Of a DNA stretch of 64,000 bases, positions 28,178 through 36,677 are shown piece by piece. A program made the translations under genes and the position numbers. The first letter of the stretch is position 1; the number at the start of each line of letters is the position of its first letter. Location of the stretch: assembly GCA_903885565.1 (NCBI GenBank), contig CAISJI010000230.1, forward strand, positions 5,177 through 69,176, read 5' to 3'. The notes beneath the pieces were generated by a model. It was not told the DNA's origin and made no database searches. It saw nothing but the letters and a program-made list of their open reading frames with translations. This stretch comes from an uncultured Planctomycetaceae bacterium (GTDB lineage Bacteria > Planctomycetota > Planctomycetia > Pirellulales > UBA1268).

Positions 28178-28585
28178 ATGCTGCAGGAAACGAACAATGG
28201 ATCGGCTGGCACCGCACTGACCAATGAACTGGCCCGCGAACGCAATCGGGAAGCAGCCGACCGCACGCTCCTGGCCTGGATTCGCACCAGCCTGGCAATG
28301 ATCAGCCTCGGATTTGGCATGGAGCGCCTCGGGCAGGCGGCGCTCGATCTCGAGGGGCGGGCAGCGGGATTCTCGCCGCTCAAGACACGGCTCTTTGGCG
28401 CATCGCTGGTAACTCTCGGGATTCTCGCCACGCTGGCCGGGATGTGGGAACACCGGCTCATGCTCCGGGCGATCCTCAGAGAGGACTTCCGCTATTCCGA
28501 TCGGCCGGCCATCGCCCGCATGATGGGCTGGGCGCTGGTGCTGGTGGGCGTGGCGGCCCTGGTGGCGATCTTCACCGTGTTTTAG
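28178..28585 (+). CDS. DUF202 (YidH-like) membrane protein
   Basis: NELARERNREAADRTLLAWIRTSLAMISLGFG matches the DUF202 N-terminal signature. About three TM segments are apparent. It starts 5 nt after the A2M stop. Confidence 0.75.
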   Translation: MLQETNNGSAGTALTNELARERNREAADRTLLAWIRTSLAMISLGFGMERLGQAALDLEGRAAGFSPLKTRLFGASLVTLGILATLAGMWEHRLMLRAILREDFRYSDRPAIARMMGWALVLVGVAALVAIFTVF

Positions 28586-28660
28586 TTGACCAACAGGGGT
28601 GGTCGGGCGGTACGATCGGCATTTTCGCCGTCGCTCCTCCCACCCCAACAGGACTCCACA

Positions 28661-29257
28661 ATGGCCAAAAAGAAGGCGGCCGGCCGCACCAAGAAGGCAG
28701 GCAAGGTTTCAGCTTCCGGGCGCATCGTGATGCGCACCGGCGAGGCACTGGTGGAGGCCGAGCCGGCCTGGTCGGCGGCCGAGCCGGAGGTTGTCATCGG
28801 CGAACTCGACGGGCCGGTCGGCTTTGCGATTGCCAATCTCATCGGCGGGCAGGTGAAGGGGCACACCCGCGTGTTCGCGATCCTCAATTCCGACGTCCAG
28901 GTGCGGCCCGCCACGCTGATGGTGAGCAAAGTCACGGTCAACGATGCCCGCTATACCAACATTCTCATGGGCACGGTGCAGGCGGCGATCGCCCATGGTG
29001 TGCTCGATAGCGTACGGGCCGGCGATATCCCCAAGGAGAAGGCCAACGATCTGGGGATCATTGTCTCGGTCTGGCTCGATCCGGCCGTGCTGGAAACGGA
29101 AATCGATCACACAATCCTGTTTGAAACCAACCGGCAGGCCACGGCCCGGGCGATTCACAAGGCGATGCACCACGAGCCCTCGATCGACTGGCTGTTGGCA
29201 AACCAGCACAAGGTGCCTCACTACTTCCACCAACTGGCCCTCGACGGCCAACTGTAG
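28661..29257 (+). CDS. fae: Formaldehyde-activating enzyme (Fae) family protein
   Basis: GEALVEAEP..., PATLMVSKVTVNDARYTNILMGTVQAAIAHGVLDSVRAGDIPKEKANDLGIIVSVWL and the C-terminal KVPHYF are colinear with methylotroph Fae as I remember it (TLMFNKVTINDAR...IIP...DL). It has a basic N-terminal extension, MAKKKAAGRTKKAGK. An alternative ATG lies at 28730. Confidence 0.7.
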   Translation: MAKKKAAGRTKKAGKVSASGRIVMRTGEALVEAEPAWSAAEPEVVIGELDGPVGFAIANLIGGQVKGHTRVFAILNSDVQVRPATLMVSKVTVNDARYTNILMGTVQAAIAHGVLDSVRAGDIPKEKANDLGIIVSVWLDPAVLETEIDHTILFETNRQATARAIHKAMHHEPSIDWLLANQHKVPHYFHQLALDGQL

Positions 29258-29266
29258 CGACTGGCT

Positions 29267-30199
29267 TCAGAACGATCCTGCCACGCCGAGTTGGAACGTG
29301 GTGGCCGGTCCGCTCTTGTCGGTGCCGGCGCCCCAGTTGCCATACACCGACACGCGGTCGCTGGGAAACCAGATAAACCCCGCCCCCACCACCGTCTGCG
29401 CGGAGAGCCTCGGCAGAGCCGATTCGTTCTGGAAGCCGTGCACAAAGATGTCGAAGTCGTCGGTGATCGACTTCGTGAAGGCCCACTGCACGACGTCGAT
29501 CGGCACCAGGCCTGCCTGCGTGGAGTCGCTCGTCATGCCGACGTTGTATTCAGCCATCAGGCCCCAGAAGAGCGTGTTGCGAAAGAGCATTGAGATGCCA
29601 GGTTGTGTGCCAGAGTTGAAGGCGGGTGAGCCCCACGGGGTTTGGATAAAGGCTTCGAAGCCGACGGCGGGCAGGAACCATTCGCGGTTCTCTTCCCAGA
29701 AGTGAATTTTCGTGTCGAACGTCAGCGGGGAGAGACCGGTCGACTGGGGCAGGCCGTTGCCGGCCGCCTGCCAGGTGAGGCCGCTGGAATAGAGCCGAAA
29801 CTCAACGCGGTCGGTCAGCCCCAGCCGCAGGAGATATTCGGCGTTGTAGCTGCGCGGCTGAACGCCGTTGATCGCCCCGGTGAAAAACACGGGGCTTGTC
29901 TCGAGGTAGATGCCACCCCGCGGCAGTGTCTCCGGACTATTGGGATAGCTGGCTGTATCGGGGCCCGGATCGCGAATCGTGTGGGGCTGTCGGGATCGCT
30001 CCGGGTCGAGGCCCTCCGGAAAGGCCTCCGCCAGAAACTGAGTCCAGGGGAAGGGGGCATCGCGGCCGGCATCGACCGGATCCGCCCCGGCAGCCAGGCC
30101 GCCCAGGCAGCAGCTGAGCAGGCAGCCTCCCCGCAGCAGCGCTGTCTTGAGCCACCTCGTGGCTGATGGCGGTGGCGGCTGCAGGGCAGGCAGGGGCAT
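29267..30199 (-). CDS. Outer-membrane beta-barrel protein (MetA-pathway/transporter-like)
   Basis: This is the C-terminal 310 codons of track ORF 29267..31336. The rest of that ORF is antisense to the aldo/keto reductase. It has a signal-like N-terminus, an alternating amphipathic pattern and a terminal ...FQLGVAGSF, with a C-terminal Phe typical of OMPs. Confidence 0.6.
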   Translation of the reverse strand: MPLPALQPPPPSATRWLKTALLRGGCLLSCCLGGLAAGADPVDAGRDAPFPWTQFLAEAFPEGLDPERSRQPHTIRDPGPDTASYPNSPETLPRGGIYLETSPVFFTGAINGVQPRSYNAEYLLRLGLTDRVEFRLYSSGLTWQAAGNGLPQSTGLSPLTFDTKIHFWEENREWFLPAVGFEAFIQTPWGSPAFNSGTQPGISMLFRNTLFWGLMAEYNVGMTSDSTQAGLVPIDVVQWAFTKSITDDFDIFVHGFQNESALPRLSAQTVVGAGFIWFPSDRVSVYGNWGAGTDKSGPATTFQLGVAGSF

Positions 30200-30445
30200 G
30201 GAGGCATTCCGTTGGCTCAAGCCGTGGCGCCGGGCGCATGGGCCACCGGCGGGCCGCACTCCAACCGACCGTGGCCGGGAAGTCAACGCTGGTCTGACCA
30301 CGCCCCTTGAGAAACTCCCCCCAATCCACCACGACGACCCAGTGTCGCGGCGACGGTGCCATCCGTGGGGCATAGACGCTGCCCGTCGGCCGGCAGCGGG
30401 CAGACTCTTCCCTGCCCGGCCGCCATCGGCCACACTCTTCCCACT

Positions 30446-31432
30446 ATGAATACACGCACTTTTGGTCGCACCGGCTGGCAGGTTTCGGAGATCGGGTTTG
30501 GGGCCTGGGGCATCGGCGGAGGGCAGTGGGGTGGCGCCAACGACGACGAGTCGCTCGCCGCTCTCCACACGGCACTCGATGCCGGCATCAACTTCTTCGA
30601 CACCGCCGACGTGTATGGCGATGGACTCAGCGAGCGCCTCATCGCCCGGCTGCGGGCGGAGCGCCCCGAGCCATTCTTCGTGGCCACGAAGGCGGGCCGC
30701 CGGCTCTCCCCGCACACCGCCGACGGCTACAACGCAAAAAACCTCGCCGCCTTCGTCGATCGCAGCCTCGCCAATCTGCGCTCCCAGCGGCTCGATCTCC
30801 TGCAGCTGCACTGCCCGCCCACCGATGTTTACTACCGCCCTGAGGTGTTCGGTGCGCTCGATGATCTGGTGGCTGCTGGCAAGATCAGATTTTATGGCGT
30901 GAGCGTTGAGAAGGTGGAGGAGGCGCTCAAGGCTATCGAATATCCAGGGGTGCAGTCGGTACAGATCATCTTCAACCCCTTCCGGCTGCGGCCGGCCGAA
31001 CTCTTCTTTGAACAGGCGCTGCGGCGGCAGGTGGCGGTGATTGCCAGAGTTCCACTGGCCAGTGGTTTGCTCAGCGGCAAATTCACTCCGCAGAGCACCT
31101 TCCCGCCCGATGACCATCGGCACTTCAACCGCGATGGCGCAGGCTTCGACCGTGGCGAGACGTTCTCGGGAGTCGATTACGAAACTGGCCTCGCGAGCGT
31201 GGAACGGCTCCGACCGCTGGTGCCCAAGGGAGCAACCCTGGCGCAGTTTGCCCTGCGCTGGATCCTCTCCTTTGAGGCGGTCTCCTGCGTGATCCCCGGG
31301 GCCCGGCGCCCGGATCAGGTGCTCGACAACGCCCACGCTTCAGGGCTCGCGCCACTCCCCCCCGCCACACTCGCGGCGGTGCAGGAAGTTTACGACGAGA
31401 GCATCCGGCCGCTGGTGCATCACCGCTGGTAG
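30446..31432 (+). CDS. Aldo/keto reductase
   Basis: MNTRTFGRTGWQVSEIGFGAWGIGG...INFFDTADVYGDGLSE...LDLLQLH...RFYGVS...IPGARRPDQV. Confidence 0.9.
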   Translation: MNTRTFGRTGWQVSEIGFGAWGIGGGQWGGANDDESLAALHTALDAGINFFDTADVYGDGLSERLIARLRAERPEPFFVATKAGRRLSPHTADGYNAKNLAAFVDRSLANLRSQRLDLLQLHCPPTDVYYRPEVFGALDDLVAAGKIRFYGVSVEKVEEALKAIEYPGVQSVQIIFNPFRLRPAELFFEQALRRQVAVIARVPLASGLLSGKFTPQSTFPPDDHRHFNRDGAGFDRGETFSGVDYETGLASVERLRPLVPKGATLAQFALRWILSFEAVSCVIPGARRPDQVLDNAHASGLAPLPPATLAAVQEVYDESIRPLVHHRW

Positions 31433-31457
31433 GCCGGCACTCGCGGAACGAATCGGC

Positions 31458-31943
31458 TTACAGGTTCATGCCCAGAAATCCGCCGGCGGCATCGCTGGCG
31501 GCCTGCTCGCGGGCCAGCCGGGCAAGCGCCCGGGAGAGATCGCCGGCGGCGATGTAGCGATCGAATTCGATCTCCACCGCCCGCTGGGCAGAATTGGCCA
31601 GCCACGCGACTGCCGGCTGCGTGAGCCAGTCGCAGGTTTCCTTGGCCAATTTCACCGTCAGATCGCTCCCCACCGTCCTGGAGTCGGTTTCGTCGGTGAG
31701 AACCGTGCCCTCCACCGCAAACTCCACCCAGCCGATATCGGGATCATTGGTAAATCGAAACGTGCAGGTGGCGTTGGTGAGATAATAGGTGTTGCGGCTG
31801 CCGTGCTTGGCGACGGCGGCATGCAGACGCTCGATGCGGGCCCGAAAGCCGGGTGAAACATCGGGCGAAATCTCCGCTCGCTGCACGCCCCGCAGGGGTG
31901 TGCAGTCAAACGTGATCGATACCGGCGGCAGGAGAGTGACCAT
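31458..31943 (-). CDS. Hypothetical cytoplasmic protein (161 aa)
   Basis: This clean ORF is non-overlapping except for its start codon and has no signal peptide. I recognise no family. Its ATG shares the tetranucleotide CATG (31941..31944) with the divergent apbE ATG. Confidence 0.5.
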   Translation of the reverse strand: MVTLLPPVSITFDCTPLRGVQRAEISPDVSPGFRARIERLHAAVAKHGSRNTYYLTNATCTFRFTNDPDIGWVEFAVEGTVLTDETDSRTVGSDLTVKLAKETCDWLTQPAVAWLANSAQRAVEIEFDRYIAAGDLSRALARLAREQAASDAAGGFLGMNL

Positions 31944-33027
31944 GCCACAAGTTTACCCGATAAAAACTGCGCTGGCAGCGGCCTGCTGGCTGCTGGTGTC
32001 AGTCTGCCTGCCCGGAGGCGACGCCGGGGCAGAGGAGACCATTCGGTGTACGGGCACGCGGCGGTTGATGGGGGTGCCCTGGACGATCACGCTCCATGCC
32101 GCCTCCGCCACGCAGGGAGAGGAGGCGCTTGCCGCGGCATTTGCCGAGGTGCACCGGCTGGAAACCATTCTCTCCGATTACGATGCCGCCAGCGAACTTT
32201 CCAGACTCTCGGCAACGGCCCCACACGCACAGCCGCAGCCTGTCGGTGCCGATCTGTGGCAGGTGCTCACGCGGGCAGTGGAGATCCGCGATGCCACCGG
32301 CGCCGCCTTCGATCCGACCGTGGGGCCACTCACCACGCTCTGGCGGCAGGCCCGCCGCTCCGGGGAAATGCCCCGGCCGGAAAAACTGGTTCACGCACGG
32401 TCGGCTGTGGGACCGGACTTGCTCAGGCTGTTCCCCGCAATGCAGGCCGTAACGCTCGTGAACCCCGGCATGCGTCTCGATCTGGGAGGAATCGGTATGG
32501 GCTTTACGATCGACCGCACGCTCGAACTGCTGCGCCGCAGGGGGGTGGAGTCAGCGATGATCGATGCCTCAGGCGACATCGGCGTGTCGGCGGCCCCCCC
32601 CGATGCCATGGGCTGGAAAATCGCCGTCGCCCCCCTCGATCCCGCCGCTGGCACAGCTCCGGAAACGCTCCTGCTGGCCAACGCTGCCATCACCACGTCC
32701 GGCGACGCCCACCAAGGGATCGAGATTGATGGCAGGCGCTACAGCCACATCGTTGACCCCCGCACCGGGCTGGGCGTGGAGGGGTTCTCTGCCGTGACGG
32801 TGATCGCCCCCGATGCCACGACGGCCGATGCGTTGGCGACGGCTGCCAGCGTGCTCGGGCCGGTGCCGGGGATGGCCTGTATCGCCGCCACGCCCGGCTG
32901 CAGCGGCAGATTCGTGTGGCGTGAAGATGGGGAGCTTTGCGAAAGCAGGTCGCCCGGGTGGCCGGGGCCCCTTGCCCCGGCGCGCGGTCCTCTGCCCGCA
33001 GCCCCTGCGCCGGCCAGCAGAGACTAA
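31942..33027 (+). CDS. apbE: FAD:protein FMN transferase (ApbE family)
   Basis: The ATG at 31942 gives the signal MPQVYPIKTALAAACWLLVSVCLPG. ApbE-like blocks are RLETILSDYDAASELSRL, FDPTVGPL, LDLGGIGMGFTIDR, ITTSGD and HIVDPRTG. Confidence 0.85.
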   Translation: MPQVYPIKTALAAACWLLVSVCLPGGDAGAEETIRCTGTRRLMGVPWTITLHAASATQGEEALAAAFAEVHRLETILSDYDAASELSRLSATAPHAQPQPVGADLWQVLTRAVEIRDATGAAFDPTVGPLTTLWRQARRSGEMPRPEKLVHARSAVGPDLLRLFPAMQAVTLVNPGMRLDLGGIGMGFTIDRTLELLRRRGVESAMIDASGDIGVSAAPPDAMGWKIAVAPLDPAAGTAPETLLLANAAITTSGDAHQGIEIDGRRYSHIVDPRTGLGVEGFSAVTVIAPDATTADALATAASVLGPVPGMACIAATPGCSGRFVWREDGELCESRSPGWPGPLAPARGPLPAAPAPASRD

Positions 33028-33287
33028 CACCGCGCAAGTTCCGGGGGACGGGGATGGCTGGGAAATCCAACAGCTCCTGCCGATTGGGGCGACTGTACCG
33101 ATTCACCCAAGTTTGCCGATCAGGGCGACGATAACTCCTTTGCCGTCGCTGCGCCCAAGTGCACGCGAGTCGGTTGCAGCGTCGGGGGGCACTGCAACCG
33201 GGACCAATCGTGCTTGCACGAGGAGTCCCCTTGGGCGCAGCGGCGGTGTTTTGCACCGCAAATCAACCGGACACAACGGAATCCCCC

Positions 33288-35678
33288 GTGCCGCGCATCA
33301 TCCGCACACTCTGGGTCGTTCTGACGAGCGTGTCGCTGCTAGCCAGCGGCTGTGCGCCGCGCCAGCCGTTCTACTTCTTTGAGGATGGCGATCTGTCCCA
33401 TTACGTCGGCGCCATCCAAAAGATCGAATATCCCGACACGATCCACCAGCCGCTGGACGAGGCGTCTGGCACGGTCGAACCACTGACGCTCTCCAACGCC
33501 AAGTTTGATCAGATCTGGGAAGTGTCGCTGGAGGAGGCGATCCGCACGTCGCTTGAGAACGGCAAGATTCTGCGCAATCTCGGCGGCCGCTTTCAGAGCT
33601 TTGGTGGGCCGCGTCCCCAGACGGGCGAACCGGCCGTCTCGCTGCTGACCAACCCCGCCCTCACGCCCACCATCTACGATCCGGCCATCGTGGAAACGGA
33701 GCCCTTCCGGGGTGTGGAGAATGCGCTGGCGCTGTTCGATGCCCAGCTGACGACTTCGCTCACCTGGGAGCGGCAGAACCGGCCACAAAACGTCGGCGGC
33801 ATTGGCACGTCGATCTTCCAGCAGCAGATCAACGGCGACGTCGGCACCTGGAACACCGGCCTGACGAAGCGCACCGCCACCGGTGCCACGTTCGGTGTCG
33901 CCAATCAGACGCTCTATGACAACAACAACTCGCCGATCCGGCAGGACGGCGTGCCGTCAACCTTCACCACCAACTACGATTTCACGTTCAACCAGCCGCT
34001 CCTGCAGGGAGCCGGCGTGACCTACAACCGGATCGCCGGCCCCGATCCATTCAATAATATCGATGGCCGGCCGATCTTTCGCGGTGTGCTCCTGGCCCGC
34101 ATCAATGCCGACATCTCGCTGGCCGATTTCGAGGCTGGCGTGCGGAATCTCGTCAGCGACACGGAGCAGTCCTACTGGGAACTGTACTTCGCCTACCGCA
34201 ATCTGGAGGCCAGGAAGGCAGGCCGCGACAGCTCGCTGGAGGCGTGGCGGAAAGTGCACGCCCTCTATGTGGAGCAGTCGCGCGGTGGCGAGGCCGACAA
34301 GGAAGCGCAGGCCCGCGAGCAGTATTTCTTCTTCCGTAGCGATGTCGAATCGGCCCTCACCGACGTCTACCGCTGCGAAAACAGGCTCCGCTACATGATG
34401 GGGATCAGCGCCTCCGACGGCCGCCTGATCCGCCCCGCCGATGAGCCGACCACTGCGAGAATCTCATTCGACTGGCAGCAGTCGCTTGTGGAGGCCCTCT
34501 CCCGCTCCGCCGAATTGCGGAGACAGAAGTGGGTGATCAAGGAACGGGAACTCGAGCTCACCGCCGCCAAGAACCTGCTTCTGCCCCGGCTCGATCTCAA
34601 CGGCCGCTGGCGGTTCCTCGGCATGGGCCAGGAGCTGATCAATCAAAACTACACGCCCTACGACGCCAACGGAGCCAATCCGCTTGCCGGCACCGATGCC
34701 TATTCGTCGCTCTTGAGCGGGCAGTTCCAGGAATGGCAGGTCGGCTCGCAGTTCCTCATGCCGCTGGGATTCCGCCGGGAACTGGCCACGGTGCGCCACT
34801 TCCAGCTGCAGCTGGCCCGCGAACGGGCCCGGTTGCAGGACGAGGAACTGGAAGCCTCCCATGCCCTGGTGGAGGCGGTGCGCAACGTCGACACCAACTT
34901 CGCCCTCTCGCAGACCAATTTCAACCGCCGCGTCGCTGCCGAACGGCAGGTCGAGGCGGTGCAGGCAGCCTATGAGGCGGGCACCGTCACGCTCGACCAG
35001 CTGCTCGATGCCCAGCGGCGGCGGGCCGATGCCGAGAGCTCCTACTACCGCTCGCTGGTTGACTACAACCGCTCGATCGCCCAGCTCCACTACCGCAAGG
35101 GTTCGCTGCTGGAATACAACGGCGTGTTCCTGACCGAAGGCCCGCATCCCGGCAAGGCCTACTTCGACGCCTACCGCCGGGCCCGGCAGCGTGATGCCAG
35201 CATCTACCTCGACTACGGCCACTCGCGACCCGGCGTGTTCAGCCGCGGGCAGACCACCCAGAATTTCGCCGCCGTCGGTGCCGGCACCGAGCCGGTGCAA
35301 CTGCCTCCCCGCGATCCCGCCACCCGCGAAGCGGATGCTGAAGCTGTGCGGGCCAAGGAAGCCGATCCACGCAACCCCGACGGCCAACAGAAACCAGGCT
35401 CCAAGGAACTCCTCCCCAGCCCGCAGGCTTCGCTGCCACCTGCGTTCCTCTCCCAGCCGCAGGCTTTTCCCATCACCGGTGCCGTCCCCAGCTCCGTCCT
35501 GGTGTCCCGCACGTCGGCTGCTGTTCCCGTCCCGCCGCCGGCCAGCCACGCTGGAAGTGCCACGTCGACCGACCATGGCGGGGCGTCGCGGGCCGTGTCT
35601 GCCTGGCGCACTGGAAATACGCCCAGCGGTCGGGCGATCACAGTCCCCTCCGAGGCGGCCGCCACCCAGCTGCGGTGA
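33288..35678 (+). CDS. TolC-like outer membrane efflux protein with low-complexity C-terminal tail
   Basis: The track ORF starts at GTG 33159. The in-frame GTG at 33288 gives the lipoprotein signal VPRIIRTLWVVLTSVSLLASGC. OEP-type repeats are VSLEEAIRTSLENG and LDQLLDAQRRRADAESSYYRSLVDYNRSIAQL. The last ~165 aa are P/A/S-rich. Confidence 0.75.
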   Translation: MPRIIRTLWVVLTSVSLLASGCAPRQPFYFFEDGDLSHYVGAIQKIEYPDTIHQPLDEASGTVEPLTLSNAKFDQIWEVSLEEAIRTSLENGKILRNLGGRFQSFGGPRPQTGEPAVSLLTNPALTPTIYDPAIVETEPFRGVENALALFDAQLTTSLTWERQNRPQNVGGIGTSIFQQQINGDVGTWNTGLTKRTATGATFGVANQTLYDNNNSPIRQDGVPSTFTTNYDFTFNQPLLQGAGVTYNRIAGPDPFNNIDGRPIFRGVLLARINADISLADFEAGVRNLVSDTEQSYWELYFAYRNLEARKAGRDSSLEAWRKVHALYVEQSRGGEADKEAQAREQYFFFRSDVESALTDVYRCENRLRYMMGISASDGRLIRPADEPTTARISFDWQQSLVEALSRSAELRRQKWVIKERELELTAAKNLLLPRLDLNGRWRFLGMGQELINQNYTPYDANGANPLAGTDAYSSLLSGQFQEWQVGSQFLMPLGFRRELATVRHFQLQLARERARLQDEELEASHALVEAVRNVDTNFALSQTNFNRRVAAERQVEAVQAAYEAGTVTLDQLLDAQRRRADAESSYYRSLVDYNRSIAQLHYRKGSLLEYNGVFLTEGPHPGKAYFDAYRRARQRDASIYLDYGHSRPGVFSRGQTTQNFAAVGAGTEPVQLPPRDPATREADAEAVRAKEADPRNPDGQQKPGSKELLPSPQASLPPAFLSQPQAFPITGAVPSSVLVSRTSAAVPVPPPASHAGSATSTDHGGASRAVSAWRTGNTPSGRAITVPSEAAATQLR

Positions 35679-35697
35679 TGCTGCTGCAGAGGATCGA

Positions 35698-36132
35698 CTA
35701 CACCGGATCGAGCGGGTGCCGCCAACGCAGGCGCGGAAATCTCGCGTAATCGCGGTCGGTCGTGATCCACTCCGAGCCGGTCTCGATGGCCAGTGCCGCG
35801 TGGTAGGCATCGCTGACGAGATTGCCGCGTGCCTCAGCCCGTCGGCAGAGATCGATGAAGAGCTCCCAATGCCGCGGTCCGGGGGAAAGTACGGTGAGCC
35901 GCGGGTGCTCCCGCAGCAGGGTGACATACTCGATCGCTCGGACGAGCGGCGTCGGCGGATCGAAAATCCGCGGGTGGGTGAGCACCCTGAGGCAGCCGCT
36001 CAACACCAGTTCCGACACGGCGCACCCTGATGGGGAATCGAGCGTGGCCTCCAGCCAGCGACGAAACTCGACGTGCCGTGCCGCATCTTCCCGGTGCGCA
36101 TAGACAAGCACATTGACGTCGAGCAGGATCAT
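35698..36132 (-). CDS. vapC: Type II toxin VapC (PIN domain)
   Basis: MILLDVNVLVYAH..., ...VSDAYHAALA..., ...ITTDRDYARF carry the PIN acidic residues. There is a 4-nt ATGA overlap with the upstream antitoxin gene. Confidence 0.85.
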   Translation of the reverse strand: MILLDVNVLVYAHREDAARHVEFRRWLEATLDSPSGCAVSELVLSGCLRVLTHPRIFDPPTPLVRAIEYVTLLREHPRLTVLSPGPRHWELFIDLCRRAEARGNLVSDAYHAALAIETGSEWITTDRDYARFPRLRWRHPLDPV

Positions 36133-36368
36133 CGCCCATCCATGGTGTCGAGCAGGCCTGCGGAATCATCGAGATCGATACCCCCCCGAAGTCCGCGACC
36201 GCGAAACGTCACCAACCGCGTGGGACGGGACGATGACGGCGGCAGCGAGGCCGTGAGCGCTTTTCTGAGAGCCTCTTCAACGATCGTGCTGAGGGTGCAT
36301 GAGCGCTTGAGCGCAGCCTGCCGCGCCTGCCTCAGCAGATCGTCGCCAATGGTGATGGTCGTCCTCAT
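36129..36368 (-). CDS. vapB: Type II antitoxin (VapB-like, 79 aa)
   Basis: MRTTITIGDDLLRQARQAALKRSCTLSTIVEEALRKAL is a typical ribbon-helix/CopG-like antitoxin N-terminus. It is translationally coupled to vapC. Confidence 0.75.
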   Translation of the reverse strand: MRTTITIGDDLLRQARQAALKRSCTLSTIVEEALRKALTASLPPSSSRPTRLVTFRGRGLRGGIDLDDSAGLLDTMDGR

Positions 36369-36400
36369 GCATCAAAATGTATGGTGCATGCATCATGATG
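36366..36400. promoter_or_regulatory. AT-rich palindromic element at the vapB start, candidate VapBC operator/promoter
   Basis: catgcatcaaaatgtatggtgcatgcatcatgatg contains ATGCAT / TGCATGCA palindromes. It is locally AT-rich in an otherwise GC-rich region, immediately upstream of and overlapping the vapB ATG. Confidence 0.4.
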
Positions 36401-36677
36401 TCAAACAGTCTTCCGGAAGTGCCGTTGCCATTCCTGTCATTGAGCCTTTCAGGCGGAGAGCTGCCGGGATTCTGGGCAGTCCCCCGCCGGCGGCAGCGTT
36501 GACGCGGCTGCACGGCCGATCTACCTTCCAGAGGGGAATCGTTCGCTGTGGTTCACCATGGCCGCTGGGACGACCGGTGCCGGAGGCTCGATTTCTCGCC
36601 GGGGACGCGCCAGCAGCGTCTGCTCCACTTCCGTCGACTCCCTCACGGGCGTCCTGCGCACGACACGGGAATCTGCC

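Noticed and set aside
30200-31336. N-terminal 379 codons of the 689-aa minus-strand ORF 29267..31336
   Set aside because: This part overlaps the well-supported aldo/keto reductase on the plus strand. Only the C-terminal 310 codons, with a signal peptide, beta-barrel pattern and terminal Phe, look like a real gene.
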